A stretch of 63,993 nucleotides of DNA, counting the filler, from Basidiobolus ranarum (lineage: Eukaryota): the NCBI GenBank assembly GCA_040143965.1. It is 5 parts of 5 records of this genome, joined end to end, with 100 filler letters (N's around TTAATTAATTAA, not from the genome) between each part and the next. Parts side by side here need not be neighbours in the genome. Positions count along the whole stretch, not along the records: positions 52,737 to 63,993 come from JASJQH010007502.1; 4 more parts are not named here. One strand, 5' to 3'. The notes beneath the pieces are model-generated. The model saw nothing but the letters and a program-made list of their open reading frames with translations. It was not told where the DNA came from and ran no database searches. This document shows positions 60,440 through 63,993 of the stretch, one piece after another. A program made the position numbers and the translations under genes. Each line of letters opens with the position of its first letter. Position 1 is the first letter of the stretch.

Positions 60440-62278
60440 ATGTCTCTACTACAGAAATCTGGTACTTTCTTTAGAAAGGCGCTCCACAGAGTTAAGGATA
60501 TGATGAGTGAGGAGGACTCTGGCTACTTTCCAACCCCATTTGACTTAAATACAAATACGCTTCATAAATATTCTGCTGAAAATGTTGCTCCTATAGCTCC
60601 TCGGGCAATTGACTCCAAGTCAAACCATCCATTCCAGGTTATTCCAACACCTAAAAACGTGACGAAATATGATAATATCGCACCAATACTTATGAATAAG
60701 ATGTCAGTAGAAATACGCTATAACTCGAACTGGTTTCAAGGAAACGCTCTTGTTCTAGAAAGCTGGCTGGTCAGTGCATTGGGTGTAAAGAAAAATCGAA
60801 TCAGAATCAGAGATAAGGCCGTCAGTAGCAAAAGTGGAACGAAAAATCTTGTCAAAGTGAACTTCACTCGCCGCAAGTTCGGGAACGCCTCCATGAATGG
60901 TCGCTATAGAGTCACCATCGATGCTCGCCGTCGTAAAGTCCAAATTGAAGCACAAGATCCCGAAGGAGCTGCATATGCTGTCAGTACCCTGCTTCAACTG
61001 TTAGAAGAACGTTCAAAAAAGGAACTTGCATGGCCTAATATTATTCTTGAGGATTGGCCATCAACGCCTGACGAATATCGTGGGCTGATGTTAGATATAG
61101 CCAGAGAATATCATTCGATTCAACATCTTCAATCGATTATTGATTTATGTAGTTTGTACAAACTTCGCTATTTGCATCTACACCTGACAGACAACGAGAA
61201 TTTCATGATACCTCCACCTGCCTCCAAATTTTATGCGGGTGTAAATCTATCAGAAATCGGAAAAGCCAAGTATAACAAACATGGTAAACCTGCCTATACC
61301 ATTCAGGAATTAATGAAACTGAACCTGTACGCATTTTCGCGCGGAGTCATTTTAGTACCAGAATTAGATATCCCTGGTCACTCCGAGGCTCTTATACGCT
61401 CCTCGCCTAAACTTTTAGGCACATACGTAAATGGCGGTAAAAAGCGTGTCCGTTCACTACTAAACTTCGCCAATGAAAAGGTCACGAAAGGCGTCATATC
61501 ACCTATGATAACGCATGTAACCAAACTATTTCCCTATTCTCCGTATATACACGTAGGTTTTGATGAGGTCGATGTAACCAATGCTGATCAAGATTCTCAC
61601 TTTCGAAAAACCGTTGGTAAGAAAAAAGGCATCGGCTCCAGTAAAGAATTGTTGTGGGATTTCATGGCACTTATGAACAAAGAGGTTAAAAGCTTGAACA
61701 TCACCTCTTGGTATCCGCCTCCGACCATACCTGGTATGGTTAAACCCGTAGACCCTAGCTTCTACCAGCCTACCCGAACATGTATTGTATGGGAGTCCTT
61801 CTCACCGCAATCAACCCCAGCTCCGCCAAAGGATATCTTAGTTATGACCTGGTCTATGCAAGAATATCAACCAGACCACCTACTTAAAGACGGCTTCAGT
61901 GTTATCAATGGGGCATGGTCACCATTATATATGGTTGGCTCGAATGGTTCCTCAGTCAAAGATATTCTGAAGTGGCAAGGTAGGCGAGAGTTCGGGGGAA
62001 TCCCTGAAAAAGGAAAAACCAAATGGGTGACTGTGCCCAAAGATACGGGAAAATTGAAGGGAAAGCCTAAAGTGCACGGAGCTAGTATCGTGCTTTGGGA
62101 AGCAGTTGCGGAAGAAGAGATTGGAGGCTTAAAAGGACGAATTGGAGCAATGAGTGAGCGTATGTGGACTCCAGATCTTTACAATACACCAAGCTCGTTT
62201 GGGAATGGCATGCTCCCTCTGTTCGAATCTCGACTTACCGGGATAGGGAATTTGGTAAATTCTATAAGTGGAAAGTAA
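60440..62278 (+). CDS. GH20 beta-N-acetylhexosaminidase-like protein, intronless, no signal peptide
   Basis: YRGLMLDIAR, LHLHLTD, VPELDIPGHS, catalytic HVGFDEV, AMSERMW. TATAAAG at ~60399. Confidence 0.92.
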   Translation: MSLLQKSGTFFRKALHRVKDMMSEEDSGYFPTPFDLNTNTLHKYSAENVAPIAPRAIDSKSNHPFQVIPTPKNVTKYDNIAPILMNKMSVEIRYNSNWFQGNALVLESWLVSALGVKKNRIRIRDKAVSSKSGTKNLVKVNFTRRKFGNASMNGRYRVTIDARRRKVQIEAQDPEGAAYAVSTLLQLLEERSKKELAWPNIILEDWPSTPDEYRGLMLDIAREYHSIQHLQSIIDLCSLYKLRYLHLHLTDNENFMIPPPASKFYAGVNLSEIGKAKYNKHGKPAYTIQELMKLNLYAFSRGVILVPELDIPGHSEALIRSSPKLLGTYVNGGKKRVRSLLNFANEKVTKGVISPMITHVTKLFPYSPYIHVGFDEVDVTNADQDSHFRKTVGKKKGIGSSKELLWDFMALMNKEVKSLNITSWYPPPTIPGMVKPVDPSFYQPTRTCIVWESFSPQSTPAPPKDILVMTWSMQEYQPDHLLKDGFSVINGAWSPLYMVGSNGSSVKDILKWQGRREFGGIPEKGKTKWVTVPKDTGKLKGKPKVHGASIVLWEAVAEEEIGGLKGRIGAMSERMWTPDLYNTPSSFGNGMLPLFESRLTGIGNLVNSISGK

Positions 62279-62933
62279 GGTAACTTAGGGTTAGGGCTAT
62301 TATTCATGATTTAGCAATCAATTGAAAGAAATAAATATATCCGCATTTGCGCGTTCAAGTGATCATTCTGGCAGAACAACATTCCATCCACAGAAACTAT
62401 TGACGCTCTTAGGGAAACGCACCTGATCCAATCAAAGTAAGCTTAAATTAACTTGTGCAAAGAATTCGACAGACCCATCTTTTAACCAATAACTGCGTCA
62501 TATCACATGCATTTTCATGAATATTTTTGGCTATCTCTCACCGGACATGCCCGCTACTTCTGGGGAAATCAGAGCCACGTTTAGAAAGAAAATTCCCCAA
62601 AACAGCTTATTGGTTGATCAAACCTGCAGCAAATCATAACATAAATAATTCACAAGCAGTCCAATATGATCGGTTCAATCAATTACCCAATTTTAAGGGT
62701 CTCTGAGATGAATTACCTGCATTTGGCGTTCTATTTTGAGCTGTCATCAAAGCTTACCATGACAGGTTAACAAAAAATGGCAAATTCGGCTCTGGGTTGG
62801 AACCAATCATTCTCTTTCTTTTTTCCTACCGAAGTCTTGACCTAGACGGATCTAGACTCCTACGCCACCTCTTGGTTGGCCTTATTTCTGTTAGGGGATC
62901 TTGTGAAGTGGTGTGAGATGTATATAATGATTC

Positions 62934-63605
62934 ATGATGGCTCTTCAGAAATTCAGTTTCTCTCACCCACATTACATTCAAATCAAGATGCACCAAGAAA
63001 TGAATCATTTCACCCAGGATCAATCCCCTGACACTACTTTCGATAAAGTCACCTCAGAAATCAGTAGTGTCTTGTATGACGATCTAGAAGAAGACCATTC
63101 TGAGCCTTCAACACCCGTCTCACCCCAAATGTATGGAAATCGACTCTACTCTCGTAAAAGTCTGTCCTCCTTTCTTAGATTAGAGGAGTCTGAGGAGTCT
63201 CCATCCCATTGGGCAGATACTTATTCATCAACCACTTTAGTTAGTACTCCACCATCATTTCCTGCACAAACCGAAGAGATACCACCCCCTTATGCCTTAG
63301 CAAGTGCAGATAATAGACTTTCATATGAAGTGGTCAATCGTGAACGTAGGCCCACTGAATATGAAATTGTCGCTTTTCCCAGCCATACACCAACTGTAGC
63401 ATTTTGTCCATTTTGCCAGACAAGCGTGGAGGTTTATGCCAAATTGAAGACTAACTTTCTAAAGAAATTAACCACTGTGGTATCTAAGTTGTTTCGCTCC
63501 CGTCAATTAACAAACAAAGACGCTAGTAGTATTTTGGTGAACTTCTCGAAAACCAAGTATCTCTGCAAAGTTTGTGATCAAGATATTCATCTTACCATGT
63601 CTTGA
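62934..63605 (+). CDS. PPxY-containing protein with a LITAF-like CxxC...CxxC C-terminal domain
   Basis: Disordered S/P/E-rich N-half, IPPPY, FCPFCQ...YLCKVCD. The start could be 62934, 62937 or 62988. Confidence 0.7.
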   Translation: MMALQKFSFSHPHYIQIKMHQEMNHFTQDQSPDTTFDKVTSEISSVLYDDLEEDHSEPSTPVSPQMYGNRLYSRKSLSSFLRLEESEESPSHWADTYSSTTLVSTPPSFPAQTEEIPPPYALASADNRLSYEVVNRERRPTEYEIVAFPSHTPTVAFCPFCQTSVEVYAKLKTNFLKKLTTVVSKLFRSRQLTNKDASSILVNFSKTKYLCKVCDQDIHLTMS

Positions 63606-63993
63606 TTTCACCGAATCCTGTATATATACCTATCATATCCCCAGTGTCATCATTTGTTCAACCACTAGAATGTAAATAACATCATAGACAAATATGCCAA
63701 ATAATAAATATCAATAGAACATACGCATTTTGTTTATTTGGATATAATATCCAGGCGAACGCGGTACACATCGTGTAGGCTAGAATGATGTACTCTGGTT
63801 TAATTTGAAACTTCACATAATCTTTTTCCGTTCGTAAATTATTTTAAAGAGAAGAATAGGGTCAGAAGAATCCAGTGCCTGTTGGTAACAAGGTAGGAGC
63901 CAGGCACATACTATCACCGTCTTTCCTCACGAAGAGGAATGAGTAATCAAGTGGAAACATTCATCATGATTGTTGAACTTCTTAATAGAAGGA

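Noticed and set aside
62285-62296. (TTAGGG)2 after the GH20 stop codon
   Set aside because: Only two units and internal to a contig, so it is not a telomere.

Overview
This is eukaryotic, AT-rich fungal DNA. Short 55-90 nt introns with CTAAC-type branch points, a pentafunctional AROM gene and a U12-type intron suggest an early-diverging fungus (Basidiobolus-like Zoopagomycota or Mucoromycota; this is inference). The window is not one locus: five ~13 kb contigs are joined by artificial 100-nt spacers (N44-TTAATTAATTAA-N44). Contig 1: HECT E3 ligase, C2H2 protein, mitochondrial bL28, Rgp1 (partial). Contig 2: plant/bacterial-type DPP III (partial), GH13_5 alpha-amylase, an orphan ORF, two paralogous small secreted acidic Tyr-rich peptides and a CpG-free repeat. 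Contig 3: IleRS, NEDD8 E1 regulatory subunit, AROM (partial). Contig 4: 7TM-like protein, RCL1, repeat relic, histidine phosphatase, ERF4-like protein. Contig 5: AP-2 mu (partial), Old Yellow Enzyme, Pcl-like cyclin, GH20 hexosaminidase, LITAF-like protein. The best leads are the secreted peptide pair with a conserved YxPGDEYEExxFEDYA core, a minor-spliceosome (U12) intron in RCL1, and enzymes of possibly bacterial affinity (M49, GH20). All coordinates and exon boundaries were read by eye; no database searches were run.
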